Positions 7,927 to 17,827 are shown, counted from the first letter of the stretch. The stretch is DNA of 64,000 nucleotides from Candidatus Omnitrophota bacterium (GCA_028865345.1 JAGWKL010000003.1:64184-128183); one strand, 5' to 3'. The notes: a model not told the origin generated them from the sequence alone. Program-made: numbers and translations.

Positions 7927-10900
7927 TTAAAAAAGTCATCGAGTTTTCGGCAAATAATAAATTCTTGATTTTGATCATCATAGCGGCGGCCATAGTGGGG
8001 GCCATTATGGCTGTACGCAACATCCCTCTTGATGCCATTCCGGACCTTTCAGATACCCAGGTCATCGTTTATTCCCGCTGGAACCAGTCACCGGACATCA
8101 TGGAAGACCAGGTGACCTATCCCATCGTGACCGCGATGTTGGGCGCCCCTGATGTCAAAGCCATCAGGGGCTTTTCAGATTACGGTTATTCCTACGTCTA
8201 TATTATTTTTAAAGACGGGACAAACTTGTATTGGGCGCGCAGCCGCACATTGGAATATCTCAGCAAGGTCCTTCCCGCCCTGCCCAAAGGCGTTAAGACC
8301 GAATTAGGCCCGGATGCAACGTCCGTCGGGTGGGTCTATCAATATGCTCTGGTGGATAAAAGCGGCAAAAATGACCTTTCCCAATTGCGGTCTTTCCAGG
8401 ACTGGTATCTGCGTTATTGGCTGCAGTCTGTTCCGGGAGTCGCGGAAGTGGCATCAGTCGGGGGATTTCAAAAACAGTATCAGGTCAACGTCGATCCCGT
8501 GGCCCTGCAGGCGTATAACATCCCTATCACTAAGGTCATTGAGGCGGTACGTCGCAGTAATAATGATGTGGGGGCGAGGGTGGTGGATTTTTCCGGCACC
8601 GAATTCATGGTCCGCGGACGCGGGTATATCAAATCCACCAAGGACATAGAGAACATTGTTTTACGGACGGATTCTCACGGCAGGCCGGTTTTGGTGCGTG
8701 ATGTGGCAACAGTGACAACGGGCCCACAGATGCGCAGGGGTGTGACTGATCTGAATGGACAAGGGGACACAGTGGGCGGCATCGTGATCATGCGTTCGGG
8801 AGAAAATGCTCTAAATGTCATCAACCGGGTCAAACAGAAGCTCAAAGACATTCAGCCCTCGCTTCCGCCGGGCGTTAAGATCGTGACAACCTATGACCGC
8901 TCAGACCTTATCATGCGTGCGATCGATACGCTCAAACATCAGCTTATTGAGGAAATGATCATTGTCAGCTTGGTGATCATTTTTTTTCTGTGGCATTTCC
9001 CGTCAGCCAGTGTGCCGATTGCCACCATCCCTGTGGCAGTGCTTTTGTCCTTTATACCGATGTATGCCATGAAATTGACGTCCAATATCATGTCGCTAGC
9101 CGGTATCGCGATTTCCATCGGTGTTTTGGTGGACGGCGCCATCATCATGGTGGAGAACGCTTACAAAAAGACCCAATTGTGGGAAGCTTCGGGGCGCAAG
9201 GAGAATTACCATGACGTTTTGTTGACGGCTCTTAAAGAAGTGGGGCCGTCGATTTTCTTTTCTCTTCTTGTGATCGCGGTGTCATTTTTGCCGGTCTTCA
9301 TGCTGGTCGGTCAGTCAGGCAGGCTTTTCAGGCCCCTGGCCTTCAGCAATAACTTTACGATGGTCATTGCCGCGGTTTTGTCGGTCACCTTTGTTCCGGC
9401 TATGTTTGTGCTTTTGGTGCGGGTCAACGAGGCTCATTTCCGTCCGAAATGGCTGTCGAAACTTTATAATTTTTTACGCGTAGGCCATTATTATCCGGAG
9501 GAAAAACATCCGGTCAGCAAGGTCCTGTTTAATTTTTATGAACCTGTCTGCCGGTTCGTGCTCAAATACCGTGTCCAGACTTTGATTTTTGCCGGAATGA
9601 TCTTCTTGTCTATGATACCGGTTTATTTAAAGTTGGGATCGGAGTTTATGCCGCCTTTGAATGAGGGGACCATTCTTTATATGCCCACCACCTTGCCCGG
9701 GATATCAGTGACAGAAGCCCAAAAAGTTCTTCAGGAAACGGACAAGATCATCCGTACTGTGCCTGAGGTCCAAAGCGTGTTCGGCAAGGCCGGGCGGGCC
9801 GATACATCGACCGATCCGGCACCCTTATCAATGATGGAGACAACCATCGTCCTTAAACCGGAATCGCAATGGCGCAAGGTCCATCGCTGGTATTCGTCGT
9901 GGATGCCCGGATTCCTTCAAGGGTTTTTCCGTCCCATTTGGAATGACCGGATCACATGGCAGGACATCATCAATGAGCTTGATGAGAAAGTCAGACTACC
10001 GGGGTTGTCGAACGCATGGACCATGCCTATCAAAACACGTATTGACATGCTTTCAACCGGTATCAGGACTCCGGTGGGGATAAAAATTTTAGGCCCGGAT
10101 TTAAATGAGATAGAACGCATAGGTGTCAAGATCGAGAACATCGTCAAGCATATCAAAGGCGCCAGAAGCGTTTACGCGGAGCGCGTAACAGGCGGATATT
10201 ATCTGGATTATGATTTTAACTCTAGTGCTTTGGCCAGTTACGGATTGACGATCGGCGATGTGGAGGATGTGATTGCGTCGGCCATCGGCGGCGAAACAGT
10301 GACCACGACCGTTGAAGGCCTGGAAAGGTATTCCGTCAATGTCAGGTATTTGCGTCAGCTGCGTGATGATATCCCAAGCCTGGAGCGCATCCTGGTGTCC
10401 ACGCCCAATGGGGCGCAGGTACCGTTGGGACAACTGGCAAAGTTGAAATTTGTCCAGGGACCGGGCATGGTTCGCAATGAAAACGGCATGCCTGCCGGTT
10501 ATGTCTATGTGGACATGGCCGGCCGTGATATCGGCGGTTTTGTGCGGGACGCCAAACAGGCGGTTGATAAGGGGCTTAAACTGCCTTCAGGGTATACACT
10601 CATCTGGAGCGGGCAGTATGAGAACATGATCCGGGTCGCCCAGCGGATGAAGGTGATCATTCCCATCGCGCTTTTTATTATTTTTATGCTGTTGTACATG
10701 AATACCCGTTCGCACGTCAAAGCGGGAATAGTCCTGTTGGCGGTGCCTTTTTCTTTGGTGGGAGCCGTATGGTTTCTTTATTTTCTCCACTATAATTTAT
10801 CTGTCGCGGTGTGGGTGGGGATGATTGCCCTCATGGGGCTTGATGCGGAAACCGGTGTTTTTATGCTGCTTTTTCTGGATTTAGCTTATTATCAGGCCAT

Positions 10901-11216
10901 ACGTCTTGGCAAAATGAAAACGAACGCTCAGCTTCAGGAGGCCATTGTACAGGGAGCGGTCAAGCGCATTCGTCCCAAGCTTATGACGGTCAGCGCCATG
11001 TTTATGGGGCTTGTTCCCATTATGTGGTCCATAGGGGCAGGATCTGATGTGATGAAACGTATTGCGGCTCCCATGATCGGAGGTATCTTCAGCAGCTTCA
11101 TTATGGAGCTTTTAATCTATCCGGTCATTTACTATCTTTGGAAATGGAATTACGAGATGAAAAAGGGCTCCGTGGACGTCAGCAAGCTGCCCCTACCAGA
11201 GCTAAAGGGGCATTAA
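7923..11216 (+). CDS. cusA: Cu(I)/Ag(I) RND efflux permease CusA
   Basis: 'PLDAIPDLSDTQVI', 'EFMPPLNEG..LYMP', 'DPAPLSMMET', 'NAWTMPIKTRIDML' CusA signatures. Confidence 0.95.
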   Translation: MIKKVIEFSANNKFLILIIIAAAIVGAIMAVRNIPLDAIPDLSDTQVIVYSRWNQSPDIMEDQVTYPIVTAMLGAPDVKAIRGFSDYGYSYVYIIFKDGTNLYWARSRTLEYLSKVLPALPKGVKTELGPDATSVGWVYQYALVDKSGKNDLSQLRSFQDWYLRYWLQSVPGVAEVASVGGFQKQYQVNVDPVALQAYNIPITKVIEAVRRSNNDVGARVVDFSGTEFMVRGRGYIKSTKDIENIVLRTDSHGRPVLVRDVATVTTGPQMRRGVTDLNGQGDTVGGIVIMRSGENALNVINRVKQKLKDIQPSLPPGVKIVTTYDRSDLIMRAIDTLKHQLIEEMIIVSLVIIFFLWHFPSASVPIATIPVAVLLSFIPMYAMKLTSNIMSLAGIAISIGVLVDGAIIMVENAYKKTQLWEASGRKENYHDVLLTALKEVGPSIFFSLLVIAVSFLPVFMLVGQSGRLFRPLAFSNNFTMVIAAVLSVTFVPAMFVLLVRVNEAHFRPKWLSKLYNFLRVGHYYPEEKHPVSKVLFNFYEPVCRFVLKYRVQTLIFAGMIFLSMIPVYLKLGSEFMPPLNEGTILYMPTTLPGISVTEAQKVLQETDKIIRTVPEVQSVFGKAGRADTSTDPAPLSMMETTIVLKPESQWRKVHRWYSSWMPGFLQGFFRPIWNDRITWQDIINELDEKVRLPGLSNAWTMPIKTRIDMLSTGIRTPVGIKILGPDLNEIERIGVKIENIVKHIKGARSVYAERVTGGYYLDYDFNSSALASYGLTIGDVEDVIASAIGGETVTTTVEGLERYSVNVRYLRQLRDDIPSLERILVSTPNGAQVPLGQLAKLKFVQGPGMVRNENGMPAGYVYVDMAGRDIGGFVRDAKQAVDKGLKLPSGYTLIWSGQYENMIRVAQRMKVIIPIALFIIFMLLYMNTRSHVKAGIVLLAVPFSLVGAVWFLYFLHYNLSVAVWVGMIALMGLDAETGVFMLLFLDLAYYQAIRLGKMKTNAQLQEAIVQGAVKRIRPKLMTVSAMFMGLVPIMWSIGAGSDVMKRIAAPMIGGIFSSFIMELLIYPVIYYLWKWNYEMKKGSVDVSKLPLPELKGH

Positions 11217-11220
11217 ATCG

Positions 11221-11248
11221 GCATAACTTTTGGCGGGATAGATCGTCT
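11221..11248 (+). promoter_or_regulatory. Putative ECF sigma promoter 3 (upstream of the anti-sigma gene)
   Basis: GCATAACTTT...CGTCT, 16-nt spacer. Confidence 0.65.
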
Positions 11249-11285
11249 ATAATTATGAGAGGCAGTACTTACAAAGGTTTATTTT

Positions 11286-12092
11286 ATGGATAAGAGACCG
11301 ATAGAAGATATATTCAATGAGTGCTATGAGAAGATGCTTGCCGGCATGCCTGCAGAAGAGATCATTCGGCAGTATCCTAATCATGCCAAGGAGTTAAAAG
11401 AACTCCTTGGTGTCGCCCAAAGTGTGAGCCACACGCCGCCCGTAAGGGTTTCAGATCAGAAACTGTTTTCCTGTCTGATCAAGGTAGGGGAAGAGATCCA
11501 AAGGCAAAAGGAGAGGTCTCTTTCGTCGAAGCTCAATCGGTTGTTTGTCTTTGCCTCACCGGCCTGGGCGCGCGGGTTTGCCCTGACCCTTGTCATTGTT
11601 TTTGCTGCCTGGGGCACGGTGAATGCGTCTGCCAACAGCCTGCCAGGCAGCCCTTTATATCTGGTAAAGCTCTTGGGTGAGAAGGCAAGTTATTTTCTGA
11701 CCGTCAATCCCCAGGGTCAACTGGAGTTAAAGATCACTTTTTCCGAAAGACGTTCAAAAGAACTGGTCAAAGAGTTCAATAAAACCGGCCATGTTGATAT
11801 CCAGACCCTTAAAAGGATGCTGAATGAAGCAGGGGATTCATTAAATGAGGTGGCTAAGCTGCCTGTTAAAGGACAAAAAATTTATCTTGTCCAACTTAAA
11901 TATTTGAATGACTATCAGAAAGATGTTCTTCAAGACCTTCAAAGCAGGGCGCCCCAAGTTCAGAAAGCCAAATTGGAACAGGCCATTACCATTTGCAATC
12001 AGCGTTGCCGATGGCTGCAAATGGCATGCGACCGGGGCTGTGTAACTTCCATGCGCGGTTGTCCGTGCCCCCTTCCATCAAAAAATATTTGA
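11286..12092 (+). CDS. DUF5667-containing membrane protein, probable anti-sigma factor (RsbN-like) with Cys-rich C-terminus
   Basis: Helical cytoplasmic N-terminus, single TM, 'ASANSLPGSPLYLVKLLGE' DUF5667-like motif, six Cys in the tail. Confidence 0.7.
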   Translation: MDKRPIEDIFNECYEKMLAGMPAEEIIRQYPNHAKELKELLGVAQSVSHTPPVRVSDQKLFSCLIKVGEEIQRQKERSLSSKLNRLFVFASPAWARGFALTLVIVFAAWGTVNASANSLPGSPLYLVKLLGEKASYFLTVNPQGQLELKITFSERRSKELVKEFNKTGHVDIQTLKRMLNEAGDSLNEVAKLPVKGQKIYLVQLKYLNDYQKDVLQDLQSRAPQVQKAKLEQAITICNQRCRWLQMACDRGCVTSMRGCPCPLPSKNI

Positions 12093-12176
12093 TAAAAATC
12101 AGGCCAAATACGCTAAAATAGCGGAAAACGAAGCGGCGGTGAAGCAATCGCCGTTAAATAATTTAAGGAGGACTCT

Positions 12177-12566
12177 ATGAAGAAATTGATCGCGTTGGCA
12201 GCGGTATTGGTCTTAAGCTCAGCAGTGGTTTTTGCTCAAGATACTTCATCGAATAAGAATGTAAATGGCACGACCGACAAGCCAAGTATGATGGACCAAG
12301 GCGGCATGATGGGCCAGGGCATGATGGGACCAGGCATGATGCATAAGGGCATGATGATGCACGGCATGATGATGAGAATGATGAACGCTTCCATGGTCGC
12401 CACCTCCGATGGAGGGGTAGTTGTTTTTACCGGTGACAGGCTCATCAAATATGACAAGGACTTAAATGTCGTCAAGGAAGTCAAGATAAAGGGGTATATG
12501 CCGGCCTGGGAGAAAACATGCCCCATTATGAATCCTGGCATGATGAAGGCTGAAGGAAAATCCTAG
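12177..12566 (+). CDS. Secreted Met-rich putative Cu(I)-binding protein
   Basis: Signal peptide; 'GGMMGQGMMGPGMMHKGMMMHGMMMRMM'; AAGGAGG RBS. Confidence 0.75.
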   Translation: MKKLIALAAVLVLSSAVVFAQDTSSNKNVNGTTDKPSMMDQGGMMGQGMMGPGMMHKGMMMHGMMMRMMNASMVATSDGGVVVFTGDRLIKYDKDLNVVKEVKIKGYMPAWEKTCPIMNPGMMKAEGKS

Positions 12567-14792
12567 ATGCCCAAAGACCCCATATGCGGCATGGATGTGG
12601 ATGAAAGCTCGCCTTTGAAACTTGAGAAAGACGGGCAGGTGTATTATTTTTGTTCAGGCCATTGTAAGGAAAAATTCTTAAAAGAAGCACAATCCCATCC
12701 TAAGCCCCAAGCTTCTGCCTTACCATTGAAGGGCAGGACCTTGTACACCTGCCCCATGCATCCTGAAATTGAACAGGGTCATCCTGGCGACTGCCCTAAA
12801 TGCGGCATGGCGCTCGAGCCCAAAAGTCCGTTGGTGGAGCAGGAGCAGCCGGCGGAATCACACGAGATCAACTTTTTAAGGAAGAAATTCTGGATAGGGG
12901 TATGGTTGACCCTGCCTGTTGTTTTTCTGTCTTTAACGGCCAAGGCTATGCCTGATGCCGTCCGTTACCTCCAATGGGCCCTGGCTTCCATCGTGGTTTT
13001 TTATTGCGGCGGATTCTTGTTGGCCAAAGGATGGCAATCTATCGTCCACCGGCATTTGAACATGTTCACCCTTATAGGCCTGGGTGTCATCGTTGCTTAT
13101 AGCTACAGCACCGTGGTATTATTTTTGTCCCCCCCATCATATCTTTATTTTGAATCAGCTTGCGCCATTACGGTCCTGGTCATTTTAGGCCAATGGCTTG
13201 AGGCGCGGGCCCGTGGACAAACCGGCCAGGCCATTCAAAGCCTTTTAGGCCTTGCCGCTAAAGAAGCCCACCTGATCAAAGACGGCAGGGAAGAACAAGT
13301 CCCGGTTGATCAGGTCCAAAAAGGGGATCTTTTGCGGGTCAAGCCGGGGGAGAAGATCCCTTTGGACGGGATCATTGTGGAAGGCCGAAGCAGCATCGAT
13401 GAATCCATGATCTCCGGTGAGCCCATGCCCGTCGAGAAAAACACCGGAGACCGCGTCATCGGGGCAACGGTCAACCAGACCGGTAGCTTTGTCATGAGAA
13501 CGGAGAAAATCGGATCGGAAACCCTGCTTTCCCAGATCGTTCATATGGTCTCCGAAGCCCAGCGCAGCCGCGCGCCCATCCAGGGCCTGGCAGACCGGGT
13601 GGCCGGTTATTTTGTGCCTGCCGTCATTATCATTGCCGTCATTACTTTTTTCGTCTGGCTTTTCGTCGGGCCGCAGCCTGCTTTGACCTATGCGTTGGTT
13701 AACTCTATTGCGGTCGTGATCATTGCCTGTCCGTGTGCCCTGGGATTGGCAACACCGATGTCGATCATGGTGGGTGTGGGCCGGGGCGCACAGGCAGGCA
13801 TTTTAATCAAGAATGCCCAAGCCATTGAAAGGGCAGAAACAGTGACCCATGTTCTGGTGGATAAAACCGGGACCCTGACTGAAGGCAGGCCTAAAGTAAC
13901 AGCTTTGATCGGTCCGCAACCTCTGGAGGCGCTTGGTCTCGCGGCGTCAATGGAGCAAAACAGCGAGCATCCTTTGGCCGGCGCCGTCATGAATTATGCC
14001 AAAGAAAAAGGGGTCAAGATCGAAGCTGTACGGCACTTTGAATCCATAACCGGCGCGGGCGTCAGAGGGCAGGTCAATGGAAAGACCGTTCTCATCGGCA
14101 AACAGAAGTTCATCGAGGAATCAGGTGCCGTTATCCCGGAAGATTTGAAAAAAGAAGCTTCGCAAATGCAGGACAATGCGCAGACGGTTGTATGGGTGGC
14201 TACTGAAGGCAAGGCCTTGGGGATTTTTGGGATTTCTGACCCTATCAAGAAAACAACGGCGGATGCCATTCGCGCCCTGCATGGTATGGGATTGAAAATT
14301 ATCATGCTTACCGGCGATAACCGCAAAACAGCGGAGGTTGTAGCTAAACAACTGGGCATCGATCAGGTGGAGGCGGAATTAAACCCCCAAGGCAAACAAA
14401 ATATCGTCAGGACCTTCAGGGACCAGGGAGCCATCGTCATGATGGCAGGGGACGGCATCAATGACGCTCCGGCCCTGGCCCAGGCGCACGTGGGGGTTGC
14501 CATGGGAACAGGGACGGATGTTGCGATTGAATGTGCCGGCATGACCCTGGTCAAAGGCGATTTAAACGGCATCGTTAAAGTTTTAGGCTTAAGCCGTGCC
14601 GTCATGCATAATATCCGCCAGAATCTTTTCTTCGCGTTCATCTATAACGCTTTGGGTATCCCCATCGCCGCCGGTGTTCTTTATCCGTTTTTCGGGTTAT
14701 TGCTCAATCCCATTATCGCGGGCGCGGCCATGAGTTTCAGCTCGGTGTCCGTGATAACCAACGCCTTGCGTTTACGTCGTTTTCGGCTTTAG
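12567..14792 (+). CDS. copA: Cu(I)-translocating P1B-1 ATPase with YHS and CPMHP metal-binding domains
   Basis: [24 protein letters not shown] and MSFSS motifs; KDPICGM and YTCPMHP N-terminal domains. Confidence 0.93.
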   Translation: MPKDPICGMDVDESSPLKLEKDGQVYYFCSGHCKEKFLKEAQSHPKPQASALPLKGRTLYTCPMHPEIEQGHPGDCPKCGMALEPKSPLVEQEQPAESHEINFLRKKFWIGVWLTLPVVFLSLTAKAMPDAVRYLQWALASIVVFYCGGFLLAKGWQSIVHRHLNMFTLIGLGVIVAYSYSTVVLFLSPPSYLYFESACAITVLVILGQWLEARARGQTGQAIQSLLGLAAKEAHLIKDGREEQVPVDQVQKGDLLRVKPGEKIPLDGIIVEGRSSIDESMISGEPMPVEKNTGDRVIGATVNQTGSFVMRTEKIGSETLLSQIVHMVSEAQRSRAPIQGLADRVAGYFVPAVIIIAVITFFVWLFVGPQPALTYALVNSIAVVIIACPCALGLATPMSIMVGVGRGAQAGILIKNAQAIERAETVTHVLVDKTGTLTEGRPKVTALIGPQPLEALGLAASMEQNSEHPLAGAVMNYAKEKGVKIEAVRHFESITGAGVRGQVNGKTVLIGKQKFIEESGAVIPEDLKKEASQMQDNAQTVVWVATEGKALGIFGISDPIKKTTADAIRALHGMGLKIIMLTGDNRKTAEVVAKQLGIDQVEAELNPQGKQNIVRTFRDQGAIVMMAGDGINDAPALAQAHVGVAMGTGTDVAIECAGMTLVKGDLNGIVKVLGLSRAVMHNIRQNLFFAFIYNALGIPIAAGVLYPFFGLLLNPIIAGAAMSFSSVSVITNALRLRRFRL

Positions 14793-14831
14793 GTTTTTAA
14801 AAGGAGAAATCATTAAGGAGGCTCAAAGGAA

Positions 14832-16013
14832 ATGACTTTTAAGAAAAGTATCGCCCGGCTGGCTTTCCAGTTTGTTTTTCTTATAGGGATAGTCAATTTT
14901 TTTGCCGACTTCACTTATGAAGGGGCCAGGAGCATCAACGGCGCTTTCTTATCCAGCTTGGGAGCCAGCGCCGTTGCCGTCGGGTTTATAGCAGGTTTTG
15001 GCGAGTTGATAGGGTACGGTTTGCGCTCACTGACAGGATTTTGGGCCGGCAAAACCCATCAGTATTGGATTTTTGCCATCATTGGCTATGCCATCAACAT
15101 GTTTGCCGTGCCTGCGATGGCCTTGGCAGGCAACTGGCCGATGGCCGCCTGCCTCATCATCGCCGAGCGTACCGGCAGGGCCGTCAGGAAACCTTCCGTC
15201 GAGACAATGCTTTCCTTTGCAGGCAAAGAATTGGGCAGCGGCTGGGTCTTCGGGCTCAATGAATTTATGGACCAATTCGGCGCCACCATAGGCCCTTTGA
15301 TCGTGGCATGGGTGCTGCTTACCAAACACAGTTACAAATATGGCTATGGCGTTCTTTTGATATCAGCGCTTTTATGTCTGGCCATGATCTTCACATCCAG
15401 GCTGTTTTTCCCCAAACCGCAGGAGCTGGATAAAAAAGAGCCGGTGATTTTAGAGCCCAAGGGTTTTACCAGGGCCTATTGGCTTTATGTGCTGGGCGGG
15501 GCCTTGATCGCTGCGGGGTTCGCGGATTTCGCGCTGATGGCGTTTCATTTTGACAGGACACATGCTGTTCCCATGCCATGGATCCCGATTTTTTACGCCA
15601 TAGCCATGGCCACCGGTGGGATCAGCGCTCTTATTATGGGCAGGTTGTTGGACAAATGGGGTCCCAAGATCATGATGCTTGCTTTTTTAGTGGGGGCCCT
15701 GTTTGCGCCGTTCGTTTTTTGGGGGAACTTTTCTTTAATACTCGCCGGGATGATCTTCTGGGGCGTCGGCTTGGGCGCCCAGGAATCCCTTCTTAAAGCA
15801 ACGCTGTCACATATGACTTCCCGGGACAAAAGAAGTGCCGCCTTCGGTGTTTTTGATACGGCTTTCGGCATTGCCTGGTTTTTGGGAAGCGCTGCGATGG
15901 GCATCCTGTATGCCTGGTCGCTCGTGGCCATGATCATTTTTTCCGTGGCCCTGCAGATGGCCGCCTTGCCTGTATTTATGATGGCCTTCAATAAGCAAAA
16001 GACGCACTCCTAA
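14832..16013 (+). CDS. MFS transporter
   Basis: About 12 TM helices; 'FADFTYEGARS', 'ERTGRAVR', 'DQFGATIGP'. Confidence 0.85.
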   Translation: MTFKKSIARLAFQFVFLIGIVNFFADFTYEGARSINGAFLSSLGASAVAVGFIAGFGELIGYGLRSLTGFWAGKTHQYWIFAIIGYAINMFAVPAMALAGNWPMAACLIIAERTGRAVRKPSVETMLSFAGKELGSGWVFGLNEFMDQFGATIGPLIVAWVLLTKHSYKYGYGVLLISALLCLAMIFTSRLFFPKPQELDKKEPVILEPKGFTRAYWLYVLGGALIAAGFADFALMAFHFDRTHAVPMPWIPIFYAIAMATGGISALIMGRLLDKWGPKIMMLAFLVGALFAPFVFWGNFSLILAGMIFWGVGLGAQESLLKATLSHMTSRDKRSAAFGVFDTAFGIAWFLGSAAMGILYAWSLVAMIIFSVALQMAALPVFMMAFNKQKTHS

Positions 16014-16021
16014 AAGCGGTG

Positions 16022-16040
16022 CCTGTCCCCGGATTCGGGG
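16022..16040 (+). repeat. Short GC-rich repeat CCTGTCCCCGGAYYCGGGG, copy 2
   Basis: 17/19 identical to 1637-1655; can form a CCCCG/CGGGG hairpin just after the MFS stop codon. Confidence 0.4.
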
Positions 16041-16123
16041 GCCGCGCTGGTACTTGAATTCATAAATAAATAAGTTAAAATGATTTTTGTTGAAACAGGA
16101 ACAGGATAAGAAAGGATGGGATC

Positions 16124-16486
16124 ATGAGAAGAATAGCGTTGATAGGACTTACAGTAATTGCTTTAGTATTTTTAAACGGCTCTGTGCTGGTTTGGGCCCA
16201 ACAGACGGCCAAGGTCACCGGTGAAGTGGTGGACACCTATTGCTTTGTGACCATGGGCGCCAGGGGCGAAGGCCACCGTCAATGCGGCCTGGGATGCGCC
16301 CACAAAGGGATTCCCGTCGGTATTGTGGAAAACGGTACCAATAAGCTCTATGTTTTATTGCCGAACAAAAACGACACTTCTCTGTCCAAAGATGTCATCA
16401 ACAAAATGGGCCGGACAGCCACCGTGACAGGCAAGGTATATGCCAACGGCGGCAGCCAATTCCTGACAGTGGAGTCTGTCAGTTGA
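16124..16486 (+). CDS. Secreted hypothetical protein with C...HxxCxxxC motif
   Basis: Signal peptide; 'GEVVDTYC...GHRQCGLGCAHKGIP'. Confidence 0.7.
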   Translation: MRRIALIGLTVIALVFLNGSVLVWAQQTAKVTGEVVDTYCFVTMGARGEGHRQCGLGCAHKGIPVGIVENGTNKLYVLLPNKNDTSLSKDVINKMGRTATVTGKVYANGGSQFLTVESVS

Positions 16487-16974
16487 TGAACTTATTGGCC
16501 AAGCTGCTGCCAGGTGCGGGGAACCTTCAAAACCTGCATCCTTTGGCAGTGCATTTCCCCATTGCCTTTTTGACAGCAGCGGGGTTTATCTATGTCTTGG
16601 CTTACGTGTTGCGCCGTGACGCGTGGGCCAGGACAGCTTTCTGGTTTTTAGGGCTTGGCTGCCTCACCGCCGCCGTCGCCGTCATGACGGGGCTTTATGC
16701 GGCCGGCGGCGTCATGGTGGCAAAATCCGTCCGGCAGCATTTGCTCCATGCCCACAAGTTGTGGATGCTGGCGACTTTTTATTTGAGTGCTATCTTGACA
16801 TTATGGGCGGCTTTCACAAATGGTTTTCCCAAAAAAGGCCGCCTGATTTTTGTGGTTTTATCTCTCATCCTTATCGCCGTCATGGTCAAGGGGGCTGATT
16901 ACGGCGGGCGGATGGTTTTTGATTATAATGCCGGAGGGGATGCTTGCGGCCAGCCGATAGAATTCAGCCACTGA
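16486..16974 (+). CDS. DUF2231-like membrane protein
   Basis: 'HPLAVHFPIA', 4 TM helices, 'YGGRMVF'. Confidence 0.75.
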   Translation: MNLLAKLLPGAGNLQNLHPLAVHFPIAFLTAAGFIYVLAYVLRRDAWARTAFWFLGLGCLTAAVAVMTGLYAAGGVMVAKSVRQHLLHAHKLWMLATFYLSAILTLWAAFTNGFPKKGRLIFVVLSLILIAVMVKGADYGGRMVFDYNAGGDACGQPIEFSH

Positions 16975-16976
16975 TA

Positions 16977-17480
16977 ATGATATTGACCCTGTTCTTTGTT
17001 CCTTATGCCTATGCGACGACGGCACAGGACTATCTGCAGGACGGCAACGATGCTTACAGGCGGGGACAGTATGACCATGCCATTTATGCCTATACCAAGG
17101 CCCTTGACATCGATCCCAACCTTGACAAGGCCTATGACAATCGCGGCGCGGCCTACGCCCAGGAAGGCAGTTTACCGAGAGCCATCGATGATTTCACCAT
17201 GGCCATTGCCGCCAACCCCAAGGATGAGCAGGCGTACAGCAACCGGGGCCATGCCTATGACCAGAAAGGCGATCTGCTTCAGGCTGTCGCTGATTATAGC
17301 CGGGTCATTGCGATTGATCCCCTCGATGTCAGGGGCTATAAGGCCCGCGGGTTCATTTATTATGAATTGAAACAATATGACAAGGCCTGGGACGACGTTT
17401 TTAAAGTCGAGGGGTTGGGAGGACATGTGGATGGTGATTTTTACCGTAAGCTTAAGTTGGCATCCGATCAAGGAAAGTAG
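16977..17480 (+). CDS. Tetratricopeptide repeat protein
   Basis: Repeated 'AYxNRGxAY...A..D...AI..P' TPR units. Confidence 0.85.
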   Translation: MILTLFFVPYAYATTAQDYLQDGNDAYRRGQYDHAIYAYTKALDIDPNLDKAYDNRGAAYAQEGSLPRAIDDFTMAIAANPKDEQAYSNRGHAYDQKGDLLQAVADYSRVIAIDPLDVRGYKARGFIYYELKQYDKAWDDVFKVEGLGGHVDGDFYRKLKLASDQGK

Positions 17481-17485
17481 ATTTT

Positions 17486-17827
17486 ATGGACCTAAAGCTT
17501 AAGACCATCATGACATTTGTTGTCCCCGCATTATTGTTTGTGATGATTTCGATGCCTTTGATCATCAGGAAGGTCCCTCGCAATTTTGGATACGGGTTCA
17601 GGACTAAAAAGACCCTCTCCAGCGACGAGATGTGGTATAAGGCCAACCGGTTCGGAGGCGCCGCGGTTTTGACAGCGGCTTTGCTGACTTTGACAGGCTG
17701 CCTTTGGCTTTTTTACCATAGGAATAATTTCTCCGCGGACGCCATTAACAGTTTTGGCTTCGGATTATTTATAACTCCGGTCCTTGCCGCTGTTGCGGTA
17801 TCTCTTATCTACATAAAAAGTCTATAG
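17486..17827 (+). CDS. SdpI/YhfL family membrane protein
   Basis: 'NFGYGFRTKKTLSSDEMWYKANRFGG' SdpI signature. Confidence 0.85.
   Translation: MDLKLKTIMTFVVPALLFVMISMPLIIRKVPRNFGYGFRTKKTLSSDEMWYKANRFGGAAVLTAALLTLTGCLWLFYHRNNFSADAINSFGFGLFITPVLAAVAVSLIYIKSL

Noticed and set aside
12041-12068. Fourth ECF promoter candidate TGTAACTTCC...CGTGC upstream of the Met-rich gene
   Set aside because: The spacer is 17 rather than 16, the match is weaker, and it lies inside a coding region
12296-12385. GGCATGATG tandem DNA repeats
   Set aside because: Explained by the Gly-Met-Met protein repeat
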